Source of the DNA: Raillietiella orientalis | Lineage: Eukaryota | Direction: 5' to 3' | Assembly (NCBI GenBank): GCA_036172245.1 | Contig: JAYWIR010000006.1 | Coordinates: 3,410,001-3,474,000 of the forward strand | Length of the DNA stretch: 64,000 nucleotides | Shown: piece by piece, positions 23,807 through 37,800 of the stretch | Numbering within the stretch: the first letter of the stretch is position 1 | Layout of the letters: each line of letters opens with the position of its first letter | The notes under the pieces: generated by a model | Databases searched by the model: none | Told to the model about the DNA's origin: nothing | The model's input: the letters and a program-made list of their open reading frames with translations, nothing else | Translations under genes and position numbers: made by a program

Positions 23807-26800
23807 CTCGGGGTGCTCCTCGCCCGTCCTGAAGGCTTGACTTCTCCGAACGGTTTCCGGACGCTCTTCTTCGGAAGCAGAGGGACTCGCACCCCCGTGT
23901 CCCGGAGAAGGGCTTTGGGGATTCCATCCGCAGGAAGAATGGAATTTTTGTAGCCTGGAAACCGGTCGGGCCAGTGTCGTTCCTCGCGCTCTTGCTGCAG
24001 CTTATCGTGTTGTGGGATGAGCGGCTTACAACCGGTTCACCACGAGCCGAGCCACGTTTCTCCGCGAAGCCGGGATTCTGGCAGGTCTCTGCCCAGTCAT
24101 CCATCGAATATAAAGGGCACTCACCAGCATTTGAAGCAATGCTAGTGGACATTTTCGTCAGAATGGGCTGCAGTTCCCTTTTTGAAACGGAAATGCGGTG
24201 GACCGCAATTTACCGATCAGAGAACGCCAGTGCCGTCTTAACGTTTGCTTTTCTCTCGTCTTTTGTGTTTTTGCTTTTTTACGTCATATACACTTCTCTA
24301 ATGTCACCAATCAATTGAGTTCAACAGGTTCGCTTCAGAGAGCGTCATAGTGAGGAGTCCGACTGCCATTTCGATTTTCGAAGACCGAGACCCCCAAAGA
24401 AAAGACAAGCTACATGTCGCGGCTCCTCCGTCCCTGCTTTAAATGGAGAACGGGATGCATTGATCACAACGACAAACATCTGCACAACTCTTCAAATTTC
24501 TGCTCTTTGGATGTTAAGATCGATGAGGTAATGTTGAAAAGAATCAAAATGGTTCCTGAAACAACGGAGATCTTAAGATTTCTAATAACCGATATTGAGG
24601 ATAGGTGATGCTTGATGAAAATTATTTTTCTGTGTGTTTTGTAGTATCATATATTTTAAATTGTATGCATCTTCCGTTTAATTTAATTACGACGGCTGAA
24701 ATGATGAAAATATGTCATCTAATCTGAAGGTTGTCAAGTAATCAATTTTAATTTGATTAACATATTTATATTACACCCCTTATAGAGCATAAATTTTTTG
24801 TATTTGTTAGAATTAGGGATATGCTCTCATCTATAGACACCATAAATGTAATATTTTATGATAGAGTGTAAGAAAACTGAGATTAAAAAACAAGTGTGAT
24901 TCATTAGGGCTACCAACCATTAAACAAAAGAGATGAGGAAATTTGCTTTACTGTTTTCAATATTCACATGCCTATTTAATAAAAATTCATTATCTATATT
25001 AATTAAATTAAATTTGTTTCCGCAGTTTCCGATCCTGACGAGATGCTGAGCTCGAGCATTCTGGAGCCCGGGTCACCCAAAGGGTCACTCTACAGACTAT
25101 CTTACTGCCACAACCAAGAGCGGAGCGTTAGTGTGTGCACATAATGTGGAATCGAAGCGATGAAGAGTTTGCGACAGGCTGGGGTACATTTCCATATGAA
25201 ATCTGGAACACTCATGAGAAGGGTTCAGCGTTTTCTCTCGATTTCATCTTTTCTGACATAAAATTCGCGAATCCGGGGAAAGTGAGAGAAATTGCTGCTT
25301 GTGCACGGAGACGCGAGCTCTCAGAGAAGTATCGCCTCCCGACGTTTTTCACACACGCCGCCGCCGTCAACGAAACTGACTCAGCTACGGTTAACATGGG
25401 GAACCATTTTTCTTCCCGAAGCGAAATCACGCACCGTTTGCATCCCAAGGTGTGGTTGATCCAGGTTCCTCGTGAAGCCGATTGTGCATGAGCTGATTTA
25501 AGTGCTTGATGAAACTCAAAGACGAAAGCAATCCTTCAAGATAAAAGATGAAGTCCACGGTGGAATTCAGACAGTCATCAAATGGGCACAGGGATCCGCC
25601 CATTGCAATGAGCGCGAAGACAGAGGCGATCACGAAGCTCAATACGTCTGATTCCAAGAGCGTACTCCTAGCAGGAAAGAAACGGGATGGGAGAGGGTAG
25701 GGTGGAAGGCAATAGCCAGATAAACACTCAGATAAAAAATGCTGTAGTGGTGGAATCACCTTGACAGAACGACCCTGAAAACATCTGTGATCAAAGTGAC
25801 GTGCATTCAAAAAAGAAACCGAGAAGAAAAAATAAACTCCTCGTCTTTGTAACTTGAGTAGAACGAATGGGCGAATCTGAATTCGAAGACACCACGTTTT
25901 AGGGCCAGGTTTCAAGCACGTCATCACAATTTTTTATTGGATTTATCTTCTACGAGTGATCCCAAACAGAAAGGAGCCCGCGGCTATAGGAAAAATTTAT
26001 CACGTTATTGATGAAAACTGCATGTCGGCTGTCAGTCTCTCCGAAAATATATGGAGATAAAATTTGTTTACGTGGCATGGGGCATTGATGAAACCAGATA
26101 TGGGGGTCAAATTATTTTGTTGATTTTCGTCGCGCTGTTGACATCCCGTGTTCGTGGGGAAATCGTTCCAGGTGGACGGTGTGTGTTTTCTCCCTTAGTC
26201 CCAGTACCTCGAAAAATTTTCGCAAGGTGAGCAAATGAAGGCTTCCTCATTACCGACGGACGCTGAAGCCATGGGTCGTTCGCAGGAGGCCAGTACGAAG
26301 GCGAAAACGCTAGCACCCAGTCTGCAGTTACTGTTCTTTTTTGACCACAGAGAGAGTAGGGAGAGATTGTTTGAGACCTTGGAAGCGAAAGTCTACGCAA
26401 ACGGCAGCGGTGTTCCGTTCACAGACGACGTTCACTTCCCAATAGCGTTCGTTCGCTGTCGGTACACTCCCTGAAGAGCCCGTAGGCGGGGCCTCGTATG
26501 CACTCCCACCTTTCCCAGTGCAACTCCACGCAGGAAAGCTCGCGCACTGTTTGAGCCCCGCACATCGCAGACCGGTTGGGCAGAGGAAGAAATTGCAGCC
26601 GGAGATTTCGTATACAATTTTGTACTGCCATGCATTCCACTGTAGGGAAATGGTGATTTCGTCCCTTGCTACAGAATTCCGATCCAAATTTGCGGCACTC
26701 TCCTTCTCCCATAAAGTGGGTGGGGTGGGGTAGAACACGCCTCACTTTATGGGCGAATATCTGCTTTACGTTCCCCTTCTTACAATCTTCAAGTTTGGTA

Positions 26801-27504
26801 CACACATGCAATGAGATTCCGCATTTTTTCCGTTATCTTGCTATCCGTTTGAAGTTCTCTGCCCGCCAGGGCCGGTGACCCGGGATGAGTTCCCGGTAAA
26901 TGTCCCCGGCTTTGCTGCACGCTGACGCACGCCACCGTCTCCTTCCTGTTATTCGCCTTTGCGTGAAGGCTCTCAGGCTCGCTGGGCATGTCGCCTTTCT
27001 TGGGGATCTCGGAATACCAGGGATCCCGTCATCAGCTGGTGAGGACCGAGGCCAGTAACCCCTTGACAGCAAACAAGGGCATCAGTTCCCTGTACCGGGT
27101 GCCCCTTCTTTTCTTGATGCTGCCGAGGTTCTCATTTGGACGTTGCTTTTCGACCTGGGCCTTTCCAAAAGCAGCCATAGAAGCCACAGCAGCATGCACC
27201 AGATGCGCGAGGAGGTGAAGGAGAGCGCAAGCCGGAGGAAATTCGGACTCCATCCGATGTGCTCCGGAGTGAAGTCATGAAGACCAGGACTGTCCCTGTC
27301 CCCATCCTGGAGTGATGCTCGACGCCGGCTGCTTTCGAACAGAAGAACACTTGCCTCTGAGCTTCCGTCAACTCTCGTCAACTCCGAAAGAAGCGAGAAG
27401 CACTTATATTGTAGATTTTTGTGGATTCGTGGAAATGTAAGAAAAGTCAGCACTTGTTTCATTGGTTCCACGGGTAGCAGAATGGCAGTCCTCCGGCCGG
27501 CTTT

Positions 27505-28280
27505 TTCTTGTTTCGCCAAGTGCTGAAGAACCGCTCGCCTCCTCAGGGGAGACTCACGAGGCTCTTGAAGCCTGTCCACGTCACCTGAGGGTGCGTTTCA
27601 CTCTTCAATTTAGGAGATGATCCCGGAGAAACCACTTTATGAACTCAGGTAGGGCTCCGGAGAAAGGAATCCGTTTTTCTTACGCTTGGGAGGGAACCCG
27701 AAGGGAACCCTCCAACCTGGCTGTCTCCGAAGAGAATCCCCCCAAAAACCATCTCTACCTTGTTCTTCCCCGGAGAAACCATCCGGTTTATGGGTTGAGG
27801 GAAAGTTCCTCGTTTCTTCTATGAAGAGAACCCGGAAAGGAACCTCTCCTTGTTCAGCGCTCTGAAGAGAATCCCGAAGGGACGCTTCCCAATTTCTCTT
27901 AAGAGTGACTCCCCGAAGGGAGCAGCACTCTTCTCCACACTCTGGAGAAAGGTGTCGATCCATCAGCTCCATGGTAGTCCCCCCCGAGAAGGGAGGGCGG
28001 GTCCATTTTCACAACCGGGGGGTAACTTTGAAGGAAACCGGCTACTTGATTCCTGGGAGGACCCTGGAGAGTCGACTTCCAATCCCGGAGGCCAGTCAAC
28101 GGGACTATCCTGGGGTTTCCGGCTTCCACCAGTACCGCATCCGGAGCCTACAGGCCAACCAGCGTCATCCTGCGGATGCACTCCTTGTTCTCATAGTCGA
28201 TTCTTCTCCGGTCGAGATTCGATCTCGCGATGGCCGGTGTCACACGCAAAGGCCTCAGCCAAGCGGCTGCCAACCGAGGA
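27505..28280 (-). mobile_element. SINE copy 5 (near full length)
   Basis: 3' block aagtgctgaagaaccgctcgcct, middle gaatcccgaagggacgcttccc, core ggccaaccagcgtcatcc, and a decayed head with gatcgaatctc on the minus strand. Confidence 0.8.
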
Positions 28281-30954
28281 AACAGCAGAGTTCGTTACCA
28301 CCTCCCTCATGTCTTGAATGGAACTGGAGGTTCATCTGGAGCAGCTGCTGGAGCAGCGGTGGGTCTCGGGACTCGTTTCCAGGAGGGAGGCGGATCAGAT
28401 GCGGACGCTAAACAATGGAGGTGGCTCGAGGAAAGGGAATTTTCAAGTGGTCCGAGAGAGTCCTTCCTGCAGGACTGTTCCTGACTCTGTCCCTGGTGGA
28501 ACGCGAAAGTGAGGAAGCAGAGCCGACCCAATGAACTGAGAGCGGCAACTCCGTAGCTGGTGAAGTGTGCCATCGACCCCTCTCCACGGATGCAGCCCTT
28601 CTCTCTCCCTGATACCGAGGACTGAACGGTTTTCTTTCCCTTTTCTCCTTCCAGGAGAAAACGGACCAAGTCCTTTCCCGACTGTTCGCTTACTTCCACT
28701 CAAGAACTCTAGAGAGGCCTCAAGATTGCCTTCCCCCCGCCCTGGAATCACCCCACAGTTTTGTAGATGGATCGAAACCTTCATGCATACGCGTCACAAT
28801 CTACTGACGCAGCGACCTGCTAACTCCCAGCTGCTGAGGTCACAGAGTGCACTTCCACCATCTTTCGACAGGGTCGAGCCGCCTTCTAACCAAACCGTTT
28901 ACCGGAGGCTGCGCTCTGATCTCCTCTCGGAAGCAATCAAGCACGTTCGACCCGCTTGGTTGCGGACCAAAGCCTCCGTCCCAGCTCCGCATCCTGCAGT
29001 TTCAAGGAAGAGGACGAAATGAGACAGGGGACGGAGCAAGGACACTTCTCGTAGTGACTCCTTTCCGCAAGAGGCCGATCAAGACGCTTCCGGAGGCTGT
29101 CGCCAGAGTGTGAGGATCCGGAGCGCTCTCAGGGAGCTCCGCGAGAAGGTCGTGCAGCGAATGTCACGTCGCCTCCATCGCGCAGCTTCCCGCTAGGATC
29201 CCTGATCTGAAGAACTCTCCTCCTCTCTCTCGGCGATTCCCCGCACAAGAAGGATCTTCAGACCCTATCGGTTAGTCGGTGTGTGAGGATAATCAAAAAG
29301 GAATAGAAGCGGTATCTAGGATTCGCCTGACTGATTCACGGCTCAATGATCGAGTCCTCTGCTACTAAGGAAACAACATCAACGAGGGAAAAAAAAACAC
29401 TCACGCCGAAAGCTCGCGCATGCGTCCTTTCGCCTCGTCGAGTTGAAAAGCGACTCGTCTTCCGACTGCTTTTGCCAAAGAAGGTCCCAAAGAGGCGTTC
29501 ACTGGCTCGCTGATCTTCCTGGAATCCGCAGTGGGAAGGAGTCTTGGTACTTGTTGTCCGCGGCATTCTGATGACACCCATGACTTCCGCACTCAGCTGC
29601 ATCGTCGATCCCGAATCAGGCGCTGAGATGAACCGGCATTCCCGAACTCTTGCAAGCTTGAGATGCACTCCTTGCCCCCTCGGACTTGCTCTGCTTCGAT
29701 TCTGACCCGCGACCTCGCCTTCGACCGTTTCGTCCGTCGCCAGCTCTGACCCGAAAGACAACACTCTACAGTGTTGCATGGCAACGGAGGACCTTCGCGC
29801 GTGTTGTCCTGAGAATCTCTGCCTATCCGGAAAATTCTTCGAACGAAATTTTTTTCTTTGTTGTGTGGATGGGATCTTCTGAGTCGGGCATCCCTCCAGC
29901 TTGCCTCATGACACAGGAGTGCTTCCCAGGCGCCGTGCCACCCTTCTGCTACAGTTGAGCGGTAGTCGGTCTTCGCCAAGCGCCGGCGGAAAACAGAAAG
30001 CGGAGGAGGCGCGTTGTCCTGTATCTGCTTTGCATCTTCGTGAGAAATCGTCTTCGGCTCGAAGCCTTTATCTCAGGCGCCCCCAAGCGTCCGTGGCTAA
30101 GCTGCAGGGGAGGAGGGGGGAGAGGGGAACGCGGGATTGAAATTGGTCTCCTGGTTAGATCGCGTTTCTTGCCGTGCGAATAAACTGCGCTCTCGGAAAC
30201 TGTTCTTTCTCCCCGTCCTCCCAAGGGCGGCGGAATCATTCCCAAGCTCACCGTCTTGGGGAGTGAGAGCTGGGTGGGAGGGCGTTGGCACCACTCCCAC
30301 CCAGACCGCACAGTCTCACAGACGATTCAACGGTTCAGTTCGAGCGGGCATTCCCCGCACCCCCACCATCAGAGCGGCGTCTCCTTCATCTTTTCGCTGC
30401 TCCCCCCAGAATGCTCCCTTTCCATTTCATCGGGGGGAGAGGGGGGGATGCATGCTCCATACGATTCCAGCAGAAGCAGCCGAGATGGGAACCGAGCCCA
30501 AGAGCTCGGCGTTTCCCAAATTCGAGGACGTTTCCCGTCCCGCCACCAATCCTCGAGCCCGCTCGGGGAAGTTCCATTACGGGGCTTACGGGACTCCGGC
30601 TGCAATTAGGAAGGCATTAGGGAGGCCCTTTCGGTTCCCCGCACCGCGATGTGCGGGGACGCGGATTAGGAGCTGCAGACATCCTCCAAGTTTCCAGTCC
30701 TAGAAGATTTTCACAGGAGGAAAAAAGACGGGTGGGGGCGCGCTCAGTCAAGGCTCGCCCGCAGAGGAAGAGGACAGCGTCGCCCTCCGTCCTTTCGAGG
30801 ACGCCAGGAACATCCCTGCCGGGGAAGGAAGACCCACCAAGTCCTGCTGGTCATCGAAGAGACCCGTTCGACCCCTCTCCGCCGTGCAGGGATCAATTCG
30901 GAATCATCAGGGGAACAGCAGCAACAGAAAAGGGGGGTAAAAAAAAGAGAGGGC

Positions 30955-31570
30955 GTCCGCGTCGGCGCCGTGTGGCTGCAGTGGTTTCCGCGCGCAAGTC
31001 TAGCACCAGGCATCACGGGTTCGAATCCCACCCAGGGGGGGAAGGGTAGACGGCGAGAACAGAGGTGCATCGTGTGTTCCAAGTTCTCCTCCCCCCTCCC
31101 TTGAAGAATGGTGCTGGTTGTCCTTATAGACTGAGGATGGGGCACCGGTGGAGGCCGGAAACCCCTGGATGTGCCCGTTGAGTGGTCGGGATTGGAAGCT
31201 GACCTTCCAGGAACCAAGGATCTCTTCGGGATTCCCCCCTCCGGCTGCGAAAATGGGACCGTGTCATAGAGCTGCTTAATACACCAATCGGGAGGTTTCC
31301 TCTCCAGAGTGCTAAGAATAGCGCTGCTCCTTCCGGGTTCTCTTCGGAGGAAACCAGGGCGAGGGTTCCCTCCCATGCTTGAGAGGAACGGACTCCTCCC
31401 CCCGGAGCCTTCTTGGATTCATAGGGTTGTCCCCTCCCGGGGCACCCCCCAACTTGAAGAGTCAGCGCGCATTCTCTGGTGGCGTGTCAAAGAGTTTCGT
31501 GATCCTCCGAGCGAACGGTTCTTCAGCACTTGGAGGACCAAAAAGAAGAAAACCCGAAAAAAAAGGAAGA
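30955..31570 (+). mobile_element. SINE copy 6 (clearest Pol III promoter boxes)
   Basis: gtccgcgtcgg start, A-box-like tggctgcagtgg, B-box ggttcgaatccc, core, 3' block gaacggttcttcagcacttggaggacc, then an A-rich tract. Confidence 0.88.
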
Positions 31571-31609
31571 GAAGGAAAATGCGTCGGGAATGGACATGCG
31601 AGAGTAGGG

Positions 31610-31815
31610 TAGAGGGTGAGTCCTTTTCTCCTACGCTTGGGTTTTCCTTCCAAATGTAAGAAGAACGGACTTCTCCCTCCGGAGCCCTTCCTGGTATCAC
31701 AGTGAGGCAACTTGAAGAGCTCCACGCACCCTCTGGTGGCATGGACGGTGCTTAAAGAGCTTTGTGGATCTCCAGTAAGGAGGCGAACAGTTCTTCAGCA
31801 CTTGGTAGACCAAAT
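31610..31815 (+). mobile_element. SINE copy 7 (3' fragment, tandem to copy 6)
   Basis: gaacggacttctccctccggagcc...aacttgaagag...gaacagttcttcagcacttggtagacc repeats the 3' part of copy 6. Confidence 0.8.
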
Positions 31816-34800
31816 GCCAGTTATTAGGGCGCTCTTCACCTAAACCAATGAAAAAAAAAATGGAGGAAAGGGGAGATGCTGTTTAAAGTGCGATGTGATC
31901 CCGGTGGGGATTTCTGCAACGCTCAGATTGCCCGACGAGTCCTTTTGGCTCCGGTTCCCTCCCGTAACGGCGCGAGGGCGGTAGGGCACCTCTGCGAGCA
32001 GTCTGGGTCTGCTTCGGGTCGCGCAGGGCCGGAAGGTCGGAGACAGACCAGTCCATAGTGAGGCGCGCGCGTTCGGCGCCCTCGTCGGAACGAGAGGGGG
32101 GGAGGACCTGCGTAAGCCCTTCGGATGAAGTGCGGCGGGCGTCCTCGTAGACTACCGAAGCCTCGGGTGACCGCATCGCCGGAAGTCGATCGGCGAGACG
32201 AAAATGCACGCGGCGTTCTCATGACCTCTCGCAAGGGGGGGGTTCTGCACTTCATGGTGCGGGTGGAGACCGCGCACGCGCGTCCCCCGTGAGGATGGAT
32301 GCAGCGGGCCTGGAGTCTCCCTCCCACCAAGCCTCAGTGGGTGGAAGAAAAGAGTGGAAGAGGCTCGGAATGTTCCAAATGCTACGCGTTCTTTCCCTCC
32401 TTCCGGAGAAAAAGAACGCCGCTCGACGTGTTTTCGTCCTTGAACGAGGTTGTGACCCTGCTCCCGTTGCCCACTTCTGCATACACCTGCGAGCGCCAAC
32501 CATCCTTTGCAGACGAGCCGACGTTGTCCAGAGACGCGCAGTGGCGCCCATCGAAGCCAACTTCTCTTCCAGCGGGAGACGCGCTTTCGTATCTCGAACT
32601 CGGGAGGCGTTCTTCTTTCACACGACCTTGATCACTAGCAGGTCGGTGTCCCGACTCCGGAACGGGGAGCCCGGGAGTGCAGGGAAACACGGGACTTCCC
32701 CGGAAAAAGCCATGCGTGACGTTCCGGGAATAGAAGGAAAGGGATACGAATGGCTCCCGGACGATAAATCCGTCGTCTTGTGCTACTGCCCCAGCAAACA
32801 AGGGCACACCCAGAACTTCGCCGTCGCTCAGAGTTACGAGCAAACGTCGCTGCTCCCCGAGCCGTGACTTCCGGATGCAGGTACTTGGACCGCAGACGGG
32901 ATGCGTAGCAGGTCCTGAGCGCCCTGCACGCTCGAGACAAATAACGTCTTCCTCCAGTGGACGGGGTGTCATCCATAGGTAAGAAAGGGGTGGGAAGGGT
33001 AGGGCTTCCTTGTTCTTCCTGACGGAGTTCGCGCCACCCCACCAGTTTCTCCCGCTAGTCGTAGCACCTGGCGCGAAGTGCTCTTTTCCTTCCTCTTCCT
33101 CCACCCCCCGCCGGTCGCTTGGAATTCGAGCCTCTTGGAACAGGGAACTCCCTCCCCGGTTTCTCGAGAGGGAAGCCGTTGTTCCTAGTCGGCCTAAGCG
33201 GCACGACTGGGCCGACTTGAGCCGGCAGCGTCTCTCCGCCACCGCGCCGACCTCAGAGGAAGCGGGGAAAAAAAAGGAAGAAAGAAAGGACGGCTGTCGT
33301 CACGGACTCTTGGACCTGGACCCTTCGGAACTTCCTGACCGTCCTTCCCTTTGTTTTCCGGTCCCGGGACGGGGAGACCGGTCGTACACCATGTAAGCCC
33401 AGGTGGATGTGGCAGCTGCTGCTCCGGCTGGGTAAAAAGGCAGACTTCATAACCGGTAGTGCCCCTGGTTTCCTGGGCCGCTGGAGAGCTCTGCCCAGTC
33501 GTCTCATGCAAAAGACGGGCGGCTCCAAATCGCTCCTGAGTGCCCGTGGACATTCCGCTCCTCCGGACGCGAATCCACCATCCCGAAGCAGGGCCGCCAC
33601 CTGATCCTCGTCTCCTAGCCGATCCCCCCCCCCGACCTTGGGTTTCCCGGATATGACCCTCGCAAGCGGAAGGGCCAGGATGAGCTGGAACACTCGGAAA
33701 CGAGGGAAAGAAAGGGGGGCGGGCGTTTCGCAGGCGCGCCCGGACTGCGGGAGGTCCCTGGTAAGGAGGAGAACGCGGACGGGTTCGCGCCTGCGCACCG
33801 GTGAACCTGAGCTCCTGATGACGTCACGATCCTGGAATGGGGTGTTTCGTACTCTTCGATGCCTCGGTCCTTCCGCTACCTCTCGCAGGAAAAAGTCGGG
33901 GAAAACGTAATCTTCCAGAATTGCTCTCTGGAGACCCCGGAGACAAAGAACTGCAGGAATCCGTTCGCTCTTCCTCGGAGAGACCTTCCCTATCTCCATC
34001 CCGAAGGAGCATCCGCACCTCTCTCGTATGCTTTTCTCTACGCAGAGTGGGGTGGAGGATGCGGGGATGCGAGGCACAACGAGTCAGGGCGGAATCTTCG
34101 AAAGGGTCCTCGCAGGCGGCGGCGAAGCAAGTTCGCAGCCGAAAAGGGGAGGGGACGCGCGACCTCTTCATCCCTCCATCTCCTATATCTCCTCTTCCTC
34201 CTCCTTCCATTCCCAGCTGGCGCGTTGGACGCAGGTTCGCAGGATGCGCTCGCTCCATCCGGACCGGGTTAACAGCAGCAGCAGCCGGCTCCTCAATCCG
34301 AGATAGCGCCGTCACTTGATAAAAAGCAGCCTCCTGTCTTCCGTATCACCGGAAACGAACTCTTCCAATCGTCTGCTCTCTCATAGTTTCTTCTTCTTTC
34401 TTTCTCCATTTTTTTTTGCTTTTTTAGAAGAAGAAGAAGAAGAAACGATTTCCGAGATGAAACTCGCGGTGGCATTGACGTGGCGCTGACGTCACCTCAC
34501 TCCAGCTTTCGTTTTCAGGATCGGCTTTCTGGCATTCTGTACAGAGCGTCACGAATAGAATCTGGGATGATAACGAAAGGAGTTTATTTTTTTTTCTCGC
34601 TCTCTAGGAAATCGCAGAGATAGCTCCCAGATTATCCCTGCGCCGAGCACGACGCAGCAGGGTGGGCCAGCGCGGCCTCGTGTGAGCAGAAATCCCCGGG
34701 CCGCCAGCGCACGAGTCCCAGTCTCCCGACTTCCGGCAGGGAGCAGACCGATTTTCCAAAACGGGGGCGTCTCGCGTCCCTGCTGGTAGACATCCCGGCG

Positions 34801-37800
34801 ACCGGGGAAGAAAACAAGAGACACCCGAAGGGGAAACTCCCGGTTCCCCTGGAGCAGCCATCTCTTCTGCCGCCTTAGCTTCCTCCCTATTAGGGAGAGG
34901 GAAGGAGCAGTTTCTTTGACCGCAACCCGGCCCCTTTCGAGCAGTTTCCGTTGTGCAAAGCGAACGCCTTTGTCATCCGGAGGAGTTTTGATCTTTCTGG
35001 TGGGCCGCCTGCAGATGCGCAAGAGCTCCTGCCGAAGATCAGATCGGCATGGCTACGTCCACATGTTCATCAGCGAACCGTGGATTGTCCACGCCTCCTT
35101 TCTCGTGGCAATGGAAGCGAACTCCCTAGCGGTTGCTTCAGTCGTATCCGTCGGCCGTTCATAGCAGGAAACTTCTTCCCGCTTTTGGAGCCGGTTCCCA
35201 ACGCAACGCGAGCTTATACACACACAAAAAAAACAACTCAGCATCTCCAGAGCGCGCTTAGCGGATTGAAGATGCTGCTTCCCCCTACTTGTTGCAGAAC
35301 TAGCACTCCTGAGCCCGTGAGATGCAGGGGAGAAGATGCTGACATTCCTGGCCTCAAACTGCTCATGAACATTCATTAGGACGTCGCGCATTTATGAGTC
35401 CGGAGTATCGAGGATAAATCGAGGTTACGGATTCATCTTCATCCCGGGTGGAAGCAACTTGCAGGTCTACCGCACTTGAAAGAGCACTCGGCCGTGAACC
35501 ACCAGGAGCTCTTTCCCTTCTTCTTCCGGAGTTTCGGTTTTTCCCTCCTGTGCGAAGGTGACACTCGCTTCCCTGCGCGGGGACCGATGACGCGCAATGT
35601 CAGAATTTATCTCACGCGTTGCACGCTTAATATAATGTGCCAGAAATGTCCACTGAAGGGGAAGCATTTGTTCTGCTGTGTGCGCACGTGTCGCTGCCTC
35701 CTCTGCATCGTCGCCGTTCCCCTTGGTTGCCACAGCGACGCGGGGAGCACAGCGCTCTCGGCGACTGGCCTGCCCCGTCACGAGATCCAGCATCCGGAGC
35801 CCTCCCTGGCGTCACTTGGAATTTCAGGGGACTGCTGCGAGCTTCTTGGAAATGAGATTCGTTAGAGGAATTTCCAAGGACACGATCCTTTTCGCACTTA
35901 GGAAGAACTCTGCGACCGAAAGGGGATACCCTCCGTCTCCCTAGAAACTTTCAAAGTTTGCACGAAAGCAATTTGATTTTCGATCCTTCATCCGGAGGAT
36001 TCTGCGCATTAAGGTCACGGGAATGACCAGAAGCGTAGCCAAGAGGAAGCAATCCAAAATGGTCATGCCAAATCCTGGACTGCGCCTCTTTTATTCTTCA
36101 TTTTTGGCAAAGGCCTTTTTCTCCCCAGAGAGTGAGGATTGGCGGTTTCTCGGGTGACGGAAGAAATTCAGAGCACTCGGTGGGCGCACTGGTTTCCGAG
36201 GCCGTACGTGCAAGAAGGAAGGCGAATCAAAAAACGAATTTGCTCGTTTTCTGGAACGGATCTCAGGACCGGAAGCGATTGGCCAGTCGAGACCGGAGGG
36301 CACGGCGCCATACTGGTGACCAAGCAAAAGCAGGGCAGGTTTCCTCTGTGCCATTCATTTCGAAACCTGTGGACTGCAGACATCTTTGCTCGTACCTCTT
36401 TTCCGTCCTGGAGACTCCTTGCCTCTCCCCTCCCCCGTTTCGAATCGATTCGAGTGTACTCTCGCTGGGGGGGTGGGAGTCGGGAAGATCGCCGAGGCGC
36501 ATGCGTACGGAGAACGCGCGACGGGACGAGTCTTCAAGCAGGGTTTCAGCGGCGTCTTCGTCCCGGCATTCGTTCGTCCGGAGCAGGGAACTCCCGCATT
36601 TCCTGAGAGGGAATTTCTGTCTCTCTCAATCAACCCGAGTGACAGCACCGGTGCGCAGGAGGAGGGGAGAGAAACGCCGCCCTCGAAATACGAAGGTTCC
36701 CGTGCCTGCTTTCCCTTCGTTCCCTGCAGAGAGCATGAGCTGTTGCAGCCCCAGGTGTTCCCAACGGGTCGTCCGGAAGATAGCGCCAGAGCCTTTCCCT
36801 GAATTTCACCGAGTCTCTGAGATACGCTTCTCTTTCCTATCCTCTGTCACTGGGAAGCAAATGTGGCCGGATGGATCATAGAACGATCATGAAGGACGCA
36901 GACAGTTTCTTGGGATCACCAGCAGAGGAAAGGCAAAGCCTCAGGAGGGCAACAGTGAGAGGGACATCTAGTCGACGGAAGTAGAAGAGACAGGAGAAGA
37001 AGATCTCTGTAGGCAAGGATCTGTTGAAAGACGGGATTCCTCAGCTGCTCGGACCGCGAGGACCAAGGTTTCAAGCTGATCCCGCCATCATGAACGCCTT
37101 GCTTCGTGAATTGCACTGCAATTCAGTACCGATATCGGGAAGTAACGCGAAAGAGGATTGCTATGGTTACGCGCAGGTCAGAGAACACTCTAATTTGCTG
37201 CGTGCGCAGCTCCGACAGACGAGCATCCGGTCCCTTCCGTCAAAGGGGCGATGCGGGGAAACGGGGAATGCTGGACGTAAACCATCCAGCGCCGCGGATC
37301 GACTCCCAGACGTCCTCGCTGACCTGACTCTCCAGAACGAGGCCTGAATTATCCTTCAGGCGCCTGCCTGCCCACGTGGGGACGGGACCGCCTCAGACTT
37401 TCCGAATCCCTCCATGTCTTTGCGAGCAGCAGGCCGAGGACTCTCCCGTCTTCCTGGTCGCAGCCGCCTTCTGGGAGATCCGACTTCAGGGATGCCGACT
37501 GCAGGTTCCCGCTCTTCACCCGAACCAAGAAAGAACGGTACAAAGGGCTCCTGAAGACGGAAGGACGCTGCAAGCGCGCCCTTCTCTAAGGGAGTCCCCG
37601 TCGCTCCGAATGGGCCACCTTTCTCTCTTCTCGCGCACCCAAAGACATACCCTTTTCTTCCTCCCTGTCCACTGGAGACCCACGAGCGCAGCATCGCCCC
37701 ACGGAAATCGCACATTCCTTGAGGATTCGCTGATTCTCCGAAGGAATCTACTTGGATGCGCGCGAGGGCTCCCGAGAAAGAGGTCGCTTCCAAGTGCACC

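Noticed and set aside
30955..31035. Functional tRNA genes at SINE heads
   Set aside because: A/B boxes are present, but there is no convincing cloverleaf and each head runs into the repeat body.
32289..34319. Retroelement or nested gene in long overlapping ORFs
   Set aside because: Some protein-like patches, but no gag, protease, RT or integrase motifs and no consistent coding strand.
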